From: Rhodosorus marinus CCMP1338
Lineage: Eukaryota > Plantae > Rhodophyta
Direction: 5' to 3'
Assembly: GCA_029953675.1 (NCBI GenBank)
Contig: JAMWBK010000006.1
Span: forward strand, 1,240,001 to 1,304,000
Length of the DNA: 64,000 nt
Shown here: positions 36,525 to 48,159 of the stretch, piece after piece
How positions within the stretch are numbered: position 1 is the first letter of the stretch
How the letters are laid out: every line of letters starts with the position of its first letter
Made by a program: the position numbers and the translations under genes
Notes under the pieces: generated by a model
Told to the model about the DNA's origin: nothing
The model's input: the letters and a program-made list of their open reading frames with translations, nothing else
The model's database searches: none

Positions 36525-36659
36525 CTCTGGCGCTCCAACGCTGCTTCGATGATCCGTTTATTCAGAGGCTAACTAACGCTGCTTCACTGTTGGACGCGCA
36601 CCATCAGCGTCTTGATTCTCGCTTCTCAGGGTAGTTAGGCTCTGAATAAACGGATCATC
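36525..36659 (+). mobile_element. Truncated subfamily A 3' end carrying an antisense 27-nt tail insertion
   Basis: ctctggcgctcc..cgcttctcagggtagttaggctctgaataaacggatcatc. Insert at 36548-36574 is flanked by AACGCTGCTTC at 36537-36547 and 36575-36585. Confidence 0.85.
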
Positions 36660-37039
36660 GTTAAATGAAAGTTTTTATCTGGATGCAAAACAAAACGAAG
36701 GGGAAAAAAGTCCTACAACGGAGTATGTCAAGTGCCGGTGTCACCGTTCATATGTCAGTAAACCACAACTGCATCTGGACTCCGAGCCCATGGCTTTGGC
36801 AACGCTCTTGCCAAGATGAACCGCACGCGGTGGAGAAGCAGCTCTTGGGTTGCTGCTCGTAGTTATGACAGTACTAGTAGTAGTTTTTTACAGCTAGCTA
36901 GCTTTAAAAGTGTATACTTTGAGTTAATAGACACACGCCTGTGACTCCCAATCCATTCTCGGAGGACGCCCACTCAAGGTCGTTAATTTCCCAGTAGGTC
37001 GCAACGGAATATGTACGGGTAAACAAGACAACTGCAACC

Positions 37040-37390
37040 TGCAAACAGCGAGGAGAGTCGGTCACCGCGGACGGTCTCCGCAACACGTTTGTAGACCTCA
37101 CTCTTTCCTGTCCTCGTGGCCGGGTTTGTGTGTTCTTCGACTCCAGAGCTTGGTGTGGGTGCTCGCATGCACCACCGCAAGGAGGTTACGTACCAGGAGG
37201 CCCTTGCGAACGCGCAACCAGGGAATCGCTACATCACACCGGTTCGGTCCGCATCAGGGTCCGCATACTATTGAGGTCTTTGGATTCATTCTCAGCTTGG
37301 GGCGACCTGGCTTCAGGACCATTTTCTGTCGATCTGGAGGAGACACACTCCCGTTTCCTCTCTTCGTTGAGCTTTATGACGTGACGTTCT
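37040..37390 (+). mobile_element. Diverged RLE-domain fragment (a third CRE-like lineage), frameshifted
   Basis: FVDLTLSCP, GVGARMHHRKEVTY and PHTIEVFG align with YIDLSIPCP, GAAARSMRQVKDSQY and VPLIIECFG of subfamily A. Confidence 0.6.
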
Positions 37391-37408
37391 AATACGGCCT
37401 TAGTCTTA

Positions 37409-37648
37409 TCGCCTGGTACCTCTGGCCATTGAGTGCTTTGGGTTTCTGGATTCCGTTGGTTCTCGTTGGCTTCGGGAAGAGTTCCATGAACGCCGTGACC
37501 GTCTGTCCTCGTTGTTTACCCGTTTAAGTTTCTTGCTGTGGCGTATGAACGCTGCTTTGATGTTGGAGGCGCGCGATCTTCGCCACGCTTAGTCTTCTTT
37601 TTCCGCCTCGGGGTTCTTTCTTCAGTCTCCGATTCAACCAAGTCATTC
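37409..37648 (+). mobile_element. Short subfamily B element, about 240 bp, with possible TSD AGTCTTA
   Basis: Starts tcgcctggtacc; encodes LAIECFGFLDSVGSRWLR..RDRLSSLFTRLSFLLWRMNAALMLEAR; AGTCTTA at 37402-37408 and 37649-37655. Confidence 0.8.
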
Positions 37649-39009
37649 AGTCTTAGAGACCCGTTCTTTTGGTTTTTAGCCTGGCTTCCTTCCCCAAAGA
37701 TTTGTTGTGTATGGTGATGAGTTGGGATAATTCAGGTGTATATGAGCTCGGCTCGGCTCAGCAGTTGGTGGCCGACTGGGAATTGGAAATGAAAGCTGAG
37801 GAGCGAGGATTTGTTCGCAAGGCAAGCAACTGAAAGAGCCTGGCCGAATAGAGATTTGCTGGTGAATCTGACTTGGAGTTCTAGTCCCGCATCTACAGAA
37901 CGCAACTCGACAAAGCGCAGTGTCTTCCCAGAGAGTCCAGATGCTACATGTTGAGCTGAATTTGTCAAGTGGATTCGGTCCAATTCAAATCCATTGAGTA
38001 CACTTGGGGAAGGATCTGAGAAAAAATTCCTTCGCAGTTCCCTGATTGGGAAGGATCTCTGTAAGGTACGTATTGAGTTGCTGGTAATGAATGAATTTGT
38101 TTAGACGCTGGTAATAGGGTATAGATTGATAATCATCTCAGACGACGACTTACCGATGCATTGAATGGATTGGACCACATGTATTATGCTGTTTAGCCCT
38201 TATTAGGGGCTTGTTCAGTATGTAAGTAGTAGATGCGATACACAGCAGAAGCTACGTACGTAGAAACATATGCACGAAGTATACGCGCTTCAGAGCAGCA
38301 ATTGAGCGGATCAACATGGCCGAATGGAATCTAGAAGTGAACGTAGGTAGTTTGGCTGCTTCTCCTGCTTTCCATCATTTGTTTAACCCCGTGCGGAGCA
38401 ACGATTCCGCGCAGTAAATCACCCCTGAAGCTAGGAAGTAGACTGGCTTGTGGAGTCACGCTCGACCAAGTACGTCGCAGCAACAAAGGCGGAGGGACGC
38501 CCCAAAACCAGACTATTGCTTTCTTTGAGTCCAACTTTCCTGGGGTTAGCCCGCAGCAACTGGCATACCAAGACACCAGCTTACTTCGCCAGAAAAACCG
38601 CACGAGTCTGCTCGTTGAAGAGGTTTCAGCACGTTCGATCTGAGCCTGCCGCCGCAAAGGTTCCAGAAAAGAAGAGACCCTTGCATTTGAAACGTGAAGG
38701 CAATCGTCTAGCAGCCTCCCCTTTCCATCCATTTTAGCCCGCAAGGGCTTCTCCCGACATATTCGCTCGTTCTATGTCCCCGTGGATGCTGTTTTTCCCA
38801 AGAACCAGTCCTCAGCGGCCAAAATCCGGTTCTTAATCTTCATCTTGATATTATATATTAGTATATATTTGGAGAAAGAAATAATATATTACATAAACTA
38901 TGAAAAATCAAATTCAAAAATCAAATACCTTTTGAATAGCGAAGTAATTTTGAATGGGGAATCGGAATAAGAGTTGATTGGGTGTAAACGATGAGGTTGT
39001 AGATATTTA

Positions 39010-39268
39010 ATGAATTTGTTTAACCGGAGACTGAAAGAATAAACCCCGAAGGGGAAAAAACAGACCATGCAGCAGGCGAAGGTGGCGCCTCCTCCTCCAA
39101 CATCAAACCAGCGTTCATACGCCACAGCAAGAAATTTAATCCGGTAAACAACGAGGAGAGAAGGTCAAGGCGTTCGGCGGAACAACTCCCGAAGCCAACG
39201 AGAACAAGCGGAATCCATAAACCCAAAGCACTCAATGGCCAGAGGGTACCAGGCGATGAGCTAGAGTC
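39010..39268 (-). mobile_element. Short subfamily B element
   Basis: Reverse complement reads tcgcctggtaccctctggccattgagtgctttggg..gtggcgtatgaacgctggtttgatgttggagg..aaattcatt. Confidence 0.78.
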
Positions 39269-42200
39269 GATGCACGAATGACTGGGGAAGGCAAAGCCCC
39301 GCAGTGGCTATTTCAACTCCTTGGGACATGTTTACTGAAGATGTTTAATAAGGCAAAACAAAAAAACAATATGTATTTAAAAATTATTAGGGATATTTAT
39401 TTCTTTCTTTTTGGAAATATCTTGAAATCCCATCGTCTTCAGGACAACTCGAGTAAGAGGAATTAACTGGCCTAATTAGTCAATATTGAAATGATTTAGA
39501 CCGTATCAAGAATGCGAATAACTAAGGTGGAATCCCTATTCAGTTCGCGTCGCCCTATACGTAGCTGAAACCGTCTCCCACCCATCCTCTTCGAAAGATA
39601 TCGGCGGAAGGGGAGGGGGATGGAAACAGTCCTTACATCCCCCAGTATCCCGCCACTTTTCATCCCTGGTGCACAGCAAAGCACAACGAGAACTGTACTC
39701 AAAGTTGGAGTCCAACTTTCTTGCCCGGGGTTTTGATATATGCTTATTCATCAAATGAAATGGGTGAATCGACTGAAGTTAAGCTGATCCCACAACGTTC
39801 TTCTAATGCTCAACAGTGCATTCGTCAATTTGTTTTGCGGTTGGTCTGCTTCAGTACCGTGAAAGTGTGGCCCGCGCACGTTGAAGTAAAATGGAACCTT
39901 ACTTCCTGGATAAGCCAACATTGGCTAGATGCGCTCCGGAAAAGGCACACCTCAAGGAAAGTCAACTATCGCACCCTACTTCAGGAGAGCTTTGGTGTAA
40001 AGGCTAGGTGATGGCACAACCACAACCATATCATTGCATATTCCGATTGAGGAGATTGAATACGTATTGACCCCGCGTGATTCAGTGTCTCGAATCCGGC
40101 CTTCGGCTCAGGAATCAAAGAGAGGCCCTCGGTCCGGATAGCGTGAAAAACATGAATTTTAGGAATCACGAAGGGCGGTGGATTAGGTGAACACCCACTC
40201 ACCGCAACGAATTGGGGGGCAACCAACCAGTTCCCTGGTTGGTTAACTGTAAGCGCAACAAGAATCACATGGCTAAGTTTGAGTTGAGTGACCTCAAGTC
40301 GTCAGAGCACACATATGTGCACACAATGTGCACAATGAGCAGACCACACAAACAGAAAAGATGACTCCCGGACTCCCAGTCTCACTTTCCACTCCGCTTA
40401 TCGCCCCCCCTAAAATGGAGCAGCTCAATTCTCCTCCGCAACTGGTTGGTTCCCCTGGCACATTTTCGCAGCCCGTAAAGGGCTATTCTGCTCTAAAACA
40501 TAACCCATACAAAGTCAAGTAAATCAAACTGGAGCTTGGAATTCAACCGGGGACCTCTCTGCAGAAGCTGCTTCTTGGACCTGAATTGCTGCGTGTTGGA
40601 ACAAGTTCCGCAGCTTTTCAACAGGTGTCTAACGACTGTCTCGAGATTTTTGATTCACCCGCAATTCATTTTGCCCTAGTTTTTTAGACTCCGTTTCTGC
40701 TCAACTTCTCAAAGCCAGTGTCTCGACACGTTAATAAAAGGCAAAAAATAATCGAAGGCATTATTCCAGACAAAGGAACCACCCCCCTTTTTTTATGTGC
40801 GTCCAAGTAATTCATGTTCAAATAGCACATCAACGCGTCCTAGCGACATCCTATTGCGGACTGTGTATCCGACTACGTATTGTCCCGTCGTTTGGGGAGC
40901 GGGCGCTCGGGATGAAAAGCCGTCCTAGTTTGGTATTTAGTCTGAGGATTGTGATTGTTATTGGTCAGTGGGTCGAATCTCAACATGCGATAGTTGCAGT
41001 GAACACGAGTTTCTTCTCTTGCTTGTTGAGGCGGGGGAAGCTAGGTCTCTGCAAAGTGGGGGTTGGAAGTTGGGGGAAAGGTAGCGATTCAATCTCCATG
41101 TATTCAGTACCTGAGAAACCGTTGATTGGGGTATGAAAACAGTCATACGCTCCCCATTGGCTCATAATTTTCTTCCCCCATCTCCTGCCCTAGTGTCGAT
41201 AATAATCCATAATCACGACAGTACACTCAAAATTAGACAATGTCATCACAGAAAAGTACGATAAAGTTTATATAATTCTAATATGTGTCTAGAATCAACA
41301 TTATTATAGTCACATACCTCCTTTTCCAAGGCAAGTTGATTTGTCTCGTCCCTGTCCACTGATGAGAAAATCTCACGAAGAGCACTCGGCAACAATCAAA
41401 CAGGTATCTTTCAAAAACCTACCAAATAATGAGATACGAAAAGCCCTATTGCGAAGCGAAAAGCTCAGGTTCTCGCTTTCTAAGTAAAAACGAAGTGATT
41501 CTTTTTTTTTTCGTGACAAAATTTGATTCAAGAATCGAATATTCTCATTGACTGTTTTTTTAAAAACAATAGATTTCAATTTTATGAAATATTTTAGAAG
41601 GACTTAAAAACAGATATTATCAAATGTTCAAGAATTCAGTGGGTTAGAAGAAATATATGTTTTCATAGATGATGACTAAAAGAGAGGAAAAAAAGAATTG
41701 GATTATCTGTTTTTCTCTTTTAGATTCAGTTGGTAGAGACCAACTCACCAAAGAGAGAGCTCTTTGGTGGGTAGTAGTTCTGGCAAATGATATTTCTGTG
41801 TCCTCAGTGTCTCTTCGCTTCAGCTACACAGTGTACTCAGCAAGGTATGCGTGGAGGAAACTGGGGACAGGTGGGGGTGGAAGTATTTTATCTTTTCTGT
41901 CTGATTGCGCGCTTTTGCCTCAATAGGCAGGATATAGGCCCGAGAAAAGCGCGAGTAGTGGATTGATCCATAAACCCAGGACGTGATTTTGCCCTGCTTG
42001 GGCGGTTTTTCTTTTTTTGCCGGGGTCTAGTACTGTCAGATGACTCTGCCAAGGCGCACTGGGGCATTCCAGGGGCGCAGAACTCTTGGGTAGTTACGTA
42101 GTACTCTGCCAGTGCACCAAAGAACTTTGTCAAGATAAGGCGGTGTTCATTTGCACGGCAGAAGAAATCGTGGAAGCAGTATCGCGATATGGTGAGCGAT

Positions 42201-42892
42201 CACCCCCCCTTCTTATGGTCCGGAAACACGCATTCGTAGACATAGAGATTAGAACAAGACCGGCAGGTCGTAGATGAAGGGCACTGGTGTCGGTTTTGCA
42301 TGTTAATTTCATTTCAAAGAGAGAGAGAGTGGTCCAATATCAAGGCTGTCTACTACTCTGAAATTGACGGTCTCTGACAAGGGTGAGAATGATTTCCCAG
42401 TGGGGAGGTCGACCAGCGCTCATGAGCCATCGTGACCTCGAAGAGTGACGTTGTGCATAGGCTTGCGCTCGAAACTCAGCAGAGCTATACGTTCTGCATG
42501 CAGACGAGAATTCAACAATAACGTGAACCATTCTCAAAACACACGCATAGGATCTTGTGCACATGCTCATCTGAAATATACAAAAATTCTTAAACCTGTT
42601 CCCACAAGAATTGCGACAGATTTTACGCTCAGCAAACTTCATTGCCTGTCGAATCAACGGAGTTTGGGTTTGCTGCGTCCATGAAAGCTGTGTTTCGAAA
42701 ATTTCGGAACGCGAGGACAACCCTAATGGGTTTTCGAGCAACGTCTTGGATTTAGGGCAACATCTAAGGTATATAAGCGGACTAGGACCTCTCGCTTCTG
42801 CGCTTGGGTCTGAGGGAAGTGTGCGAACTACTTGGAGAATTTGGACGAGGAGGCTACATTGTGAGTTGTTGAAAGGTGTTAGTAGCGAATTC

Positions 42893-43918
42893 ATGATGTT
42901 TAGAAGTGCTCCCTACGTTGTCTTGGCTGTCATAGTCTTGGGTGCCCATGCTACGTACGGTCAGGAAGAAAGTATTGATGGTGTTGCCAGACAACAAAGA
43001 AGTGCCCAAAGGTGCTCTGCCTTCGCGAATTCTTACGATGAAGTAACCGTTTTCAACGACGGCAATTACAGATGTTACCGGCTTCGGATTGATGGAGATG
43101 GATATGAAGTGGGCAGTGTTTGCGTGGCAATTAAGCCGTTTAATGGAAAGACTTGCGCAAAGTTCAGATTCCAGAATTACAATGGCTGGCTATTCACTAA
43201 GGTGAAGGCCGGTGTGAAAGCCACTTGTGGTTCAAAGTCTGCGGACCCCTTCCAAGTACAGCTTCAGACAAATTACGACTCGAAGGTAAAAGCATATGTA
43301 TGCCTGGATCAGTTCAATGTCTTTCCAGGCCCATCCGGCGAGGGATGTTGCAATAGACCGATTTGCATCTTCGCTCAGGCGGAAGTCGAGAGAAGGGGCA
43401 GGGCCAAGGTCGCCTATCCCAAAGCAGGCAAGAAGGATTGCTTTATGCAAGGAATTGACGACTTCTCACGCTGCGAGGTTCCCCTGCTCTGTAAGAACGC
43501 CGTTGCGACTCCGACTCCCACTGCAACTGCGAGCCCTTCTGCCTCGTATACGCCATCACCAACTTTCCCTATCGACCCCACTGCAACTGCGAGCCCTTCT
43601 GCCTCGTATACGCCATCACCAACTTTCCCTATCGACTCTACTGCAACTCCGACAGCTACCGAGGTCGGCACTGAAACCCCGACGGCGACACTGCAAGAAA
43701 GCTTTACTCCGACTCCGAGTGCGACCTTGGAGGGAAGTGTTGGTGTGGAATCGCCAAGTGCAACTGCGAGCCCGAGCTTTGGATTCGAGTCTTCTGCTGA
43801 ATTTCCAACTGCTTCCGAGACCCCGTCTCCTTCCTTCGGCGTTGACCCGTATTCTACTGACTTCGAAACTGGAACTCCCACTGCGACTCTTGCCGCCTCG
43901 GATGAACCCGAGCGCTGA
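42893..43918 (+). CDS. Secreted protein with one Cys-rich domain (paralogous to those in 27309-30764) and a Ser/Thr/Pro tail
   Basis: MMFRSAPYVVLAVIVLGAHATYG signal-like start; YEVGSVCV..CAKFRF..GWLFT..C...ADPF..YVCLDQF..GCCNRPICIF..C..C..C; 60-bp tandem repeat at about 43516-43635. Confidence 0.85.
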   Translation: MMFRSAPYVVLAVIVLGAHATYGQEESIDGVARQQRSAQRCSAFANSYDEVTVFNDGNYRCYRLRIDGDGYEVGSVCVAIKPFNGKTCAKFRFQNYNGWLFTKVKAGVKATCGSKSADPFQVQLQTNYDSKVKAYVCLDQFNVFPGPSGEGCCNRPICIFAQAEVERRGRAKVAYPKAGKKDCFMQGIDDFSRCEVPLLCKNAVATPTPTATASPSASYTPSPTFPIDPTATASPSASYTPSPTFPIDSTATPTATEVGTETPTATLQESFTPTPSATLEGSVGVESPSATASPSFGFESSAEFPTASETPSPSFGVDPYSTDFETGTPTATLAASDEPER

Positions 43919-44796
43919 TAGAGGGATATCAGTGCGGTACTGTGAAAGAATGGGTGACAAGTCTTGGAGGGTTCTGAAACGGACAGACCGCGCCGAACTA
44001 CCGAGGGCTGCTGCAGCTTGGAATTTCAGTGCACCCCTCTTTTCCTCGGCGTTTCTTTGGTGGTTTGGGTTGTTGCCAGTCACACTAACTGCCCTGGTTT
44101 TTGATTACCTGAGACTCCGCGGTTGTTTTTAGGCGGAACAGATAGCCAACGTCTTGTTTTCGTAACCTACGTTTCGAGCGAGTAAAAGAACAGATTTCTG
44201 AACTTTGGCGAAGCCGTGCGGCACTGGAAGGACATACTCTATACTGGTTTTATTAGCATAGCCTAGAGCGCTACGCAAGGCGTGGAAAGGAACTAAGAAC
44301 TAGGTACTATATACTTGCAAGAATCGCCAGACATGCGACAGATGGAATCGGAAGCGACAGCAAATTTTGGAAGGTGGCTACTCAAGCATCGGCTTTTGCG
44401 TGCTCCGTGCGAGAAGGGCGCTCAGCATTCCCGTAGGCCAGATGCGATTGTCCTAGGTTTGTAAGGAGCCACACACCACAACATTCAAATTATCCAATGG
44501 CTTGTTGCTCTAATTGGCGAGGTCCTCGAGGAAATTCGTTAGCTAGCTATTATGGAACAACTGAGGTTTGCTTTGGTTCGGAACGAACAAGCTTGAAAGC
44601 TCCTAGAATTCACCCCACAAAAGTGATTTCCTGTGACCTAGTTTGCAGCTCCCGGATGCCGCCGCACTTGGGCGCCATCAGTAAGCAGGCTTTAATATCG
44701 TCCTCACGGAGCTGTCTTTTAAGTCTTTAGTTCTCTGGTTTACTGGAAAACTAACAGCCCCGAGAGTGGGGCCGATTTTGAATTTGCTATGCACCG

Positions 44797-44890
44797 TATT
44801 ATATGTATTATATATATTATATATATATTATATATATATATATTATATATATATATTATATATATATATTATATATATATATTATATATA
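44797..44890. repeat. (TA)n microsatellite, imperfect
   Basis: Direct observation. Confidence 0.95.
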
Positions 44891-45184
44891 TTTCGGACAC
44901 GAAGTCGATCCGCGTTCCGATTGGCGTAGTGCGGGGTAGATACCGAATGATAAAACGACAGCTGTTTAAAACACCAATCAAAACCGATCCCGCCAATTTC
45001 CCTCCGATCGCAGCCGCGTGCCGAAGAACCCGAGAACCGCAGAACACCTCGTATGCCAAAAACCAACTACGCTGCAGCGGCCCGTTCGCCTGCAAGTACT
45101 TGTTAGGACTCTAGAACCAAAGCTGGTACAAGCGTAGTTACTCAGACTCCGATTAAAACCAAGGTCAAGTCGACCTTAAGTAAG

Positions 45185-45430
45185 TTGCCTGGTACCTCCA
45201 TTGGGTACTTTGGGTTTGTGGTTCCGTTGGTTGTCGTTGGCTTCGGGATTTGTTCCGCGAACGCCCTGACCGTCTGTCCTCGCGATGTTTACCCGTTTAA
45301 GTTTCTTGCTGTTGCGTATGAACGCTGCTATGAGGTTGGAGGCGCGGGGGATCTGCGCGGTGCATAGTTCTTTTTTTTTCCCTGGTTTTTTTTTCTTTCA
45401 GGCTCTCAAGCCAGGCTAATTCATTCAATT
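45185..45430 (+). mobile_element. Short subfamily B element
   Basis: tgcctggtacctccattgggtactttggg..gcgtatgaacgctgct..gttggaggcgcg..aattcattc. Confidence 0.75.
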
Positions 45431-45611
45431 CAAGTAGACTCAAAATACACACGTGTTAGAGACTACCTTACAAGTCTACGGCGAAAAGGCTGAAATCATC
45501 TAGATGGCTGACATAGGGAAAAATGGGCTAAAGCTAAAGAAAAACCGTTTACCGGGCGTCAACCCAGCAATAAAGAAAGTGTTGGCCGGGAAGGCCATTC
45601 GGGATCATCCC

Positions 45612-45785
45612 TGGGGGTGGTACTGCGGTAGTACTACTACTAGGGTTGTTCCAAGTGGGTTGGGTTTTTCGTTGTTTACCCGTCTACTCCCCCTGTTTTC
45701 GCGGGTTTAACCACCTCTGGATCGTAAACAGTGGAAAACCCGACCCAATTGGCACAACCCTACTACTAGCGCAGTACCCCGCGAG
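45612..45785. repeat. Imperfect inverted repeat (about 55-bp arms), MITE- or hairpin-like
   Basis: gggggtggtactgcggtagt..agggttgttccaagtgggttgggtttttc pairs with gaaaacccgacccaattggcacaaccct..cgcagtacccc. Confidence 0.7.
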
Positions 45786-45912
45786 GGATAGCCGTATCGT
45801 GGGCAGTTAGTAGATAACCGGTACGTAGTAGCGTAGACGATTGTATCGTGATTGAACTGGATCGCTACCCGAGTCCTCGTCGAACGACTGTGGACTACCC
45901 GATCGAATACTA

Positions 45913-46138
45913 ATACTTACCTGGCCGGCTGATCGCTCCTCACGTAAGGGCATCTGCTTGGATGAGTGTGAGCATAGCACGTCACATTGTCTTTTCGGAC
46001 AACTGTGGCAGTCTCGCTTGACTCCTACGAAGTCACCTCTGTGTGACTGTCGACCGCTTAATTTCTGAGCATGGGGAGATTGATGATCCGTTTATTCAGA
46101 GGCTAACTGAGGAGATTCGCGTTCGCGCGACCTCCCCT
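45913..46138 (+). ncRNA. U1: U1 spliceosomal snRNA with an insertion in stem-loop IV (possibly pseudogenised)
   Basis: 5' ATACTTACCTGG; SL1 loop CTCACGTAA (U1-70K-like); SL2 loop with ATAGCAC (U1A-like); GTCGACCGCTTAATTTCTG (Sm site); SL4 GGGGAGATT..CGCG-TTCG-CGCG-ACCTCCCC, interrupted at 46082-46117. Confidence 0.88.
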
Positions 46139-48159
46139 AACTCCCCTGAACGGATCATCAATGAATTGTAGGTATTCAGGCACGTTAGGGATCAATAAAG
46201 AAAGGGCACCGGTTCTGGGGGAAAGTTGGGTGGAGTCCAATTTTGTGAACAAGAGAAGTGTAACTTAAGGCTTAATTTACACTTCCCTTCTTGTATTGCT
46301 GGGTTGACGCCCCATAGACGACAATCGGTAGTTCTAACAGGATTCTTCCAACATTTACACGTGTTCGCGCGGTGGCAACGGAAATTGCAGCGAGAGTGGC
46401 CCAAGCGGTACGCCTGGTTGCGGATCTCGTTGTGTCCGACCTAAATGCGCGTCGCAGTGAGTACATTCACCTCTCCATCCCTTGTCCTCAGGCGACCAGG
46501 TACCTGCCTGCGTCCGCTCGGCGTCGAGGAGCTGCAGCTCGGTGTATGCGGCATGTGAAAGAATCGCAGTTCGCGGCAGCGATGTCAAACCCTACTTTTC
46601 GCGATTCGGTGGTGACATATCCGTTTGTCCCCCTCATTATTGAATGCTTTGGCTTGATAGATAGTGTAGGTTCTCGCTGGCTGCGCGGTATCTTTCGCAA
46701 CGACCTAGGGCGTCTAGATAGTCTGCTCACGGAGCTTTCTTTGACCCTGTGGCGCTTAAATACTGCTTTATTTGTAGACGTCATCATCGTCTTATCTCTC
46801 GCTTCTCAGGGTAGTTAGGCTCTCAATGAACGTGATGTCCACGCTCAGCGCTACCTACGGGCTACCGTGCAACCGGCGAGTGGACTTTGGAAACCAGTCC
46901 GAGCCTGCTTATCATCCGGAACGTACGGGCTACAAAATCGAAGACTGGGGGAAACGGGGTCTCTAAGCATGATTTTTTCTTTTTTTGGGAAGCTTTGGGC
47001 CTGCGCGAGCAGATGCTTCTATACGTCGACTTGTGGGGTTGCGCATTCGTCCTATGTCACCCTGAAGATTTCCCGGGGTATGTTCGAAAGCGGGTTTTCC
47101 CGTGCCCTGGACCATCGCAATGTCCAACAACGGATAGGCCTTCATACAGGCGGTACACCGCGGCCAGAAGATTTCATTGTAGCACGGAAGATGAAGTCTC
47201 GCACACCAGGGGAAATCCATACGTCCGTTCCTTCAGAGCCTAACTACCCTGAGAAGCGAGAGACAAGACGATGATGACGCGCGTCTACAATCAAAGCAGC
47301 ATTTGAGCGCCACAGGGTCAAAGAAAGCTCCGTGAGCAGACCACCTAGACGGCCTGGGTCGTTGCGAAAGATACCTCGCAGCCAGCGAGAACCTACACTA
47401 TCTATCATGCCAAAGCATTCAATAATGAGGGGGACAAACGGATATGTCACCGCCGAATCGCGAATGGTAGGGTTTGACATCGCTGCCGCATACTGCGATT
47501 CTTTCACATGCCGCATAGACCGAGCTGCAGCTCCTCGACGCCGAGCGGACGCAGGCAGGTACCTGGTCGCCTGAGGACAAAATAATGGAGAGGTGAATGT
47601 ACTCACTGCGACGCGGTTTTGAGCGCAACATGCTCCTTTGTTGTTTAAAGCTTGGCTTTCATTACAGGGTATCGTGCTCGTCCACTTCGCCTTGCTCCTC
47701 TGTCGCAGCCCCGTCCTGCTGTTCCGTTGAAGATGCGCCCTCGTCCACGTTTTCAATGTCGTCAATTCCCTCCATCATTTTCGGGATCTCGTCAGGTCCT
47801 ATAACCGTAGGGATCCAATGCTCAAAGTTTAACAGAAAATCTCCGTAAATCATCTCTTTGAGAGGCTGAAAACGCAGAATGTTTCGGTAACGGTGGAGTG
47901 CTCCTCGTCGCCCGGACCTCCGAGAATAACCCTCATGAGGGACACGGGTTAGTTTGGCGATTCTGAGGCGAATGGCTGCTCGACCTATGAAACTTCTCTG
48001 GGTTTTCGTCGGATACGGAGTAAGTGTAAAAAGTTAGCATCGGGTTCCATTGCTGCGGGCCGGGGAGTGTGATTCCGCTCGCAACGCAGATCTTTGTTAG
48101 AGGAAGGGGCATGTCGGTTGTTATGTGTACCGGATCCACTGATGCCGTGGAACGCGTTG

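Noticed and set aside
38331-38744. MDGKGRLLD resembling an IS3 transposase motif
   Set aside because: The match is only a few residues, with no continuing DDE context.
46081-46112. C/D box snoRNA (TGATGA...CTGA)
   Set aside because: Too short, and fully explained by the retroelement tail plus TSD.
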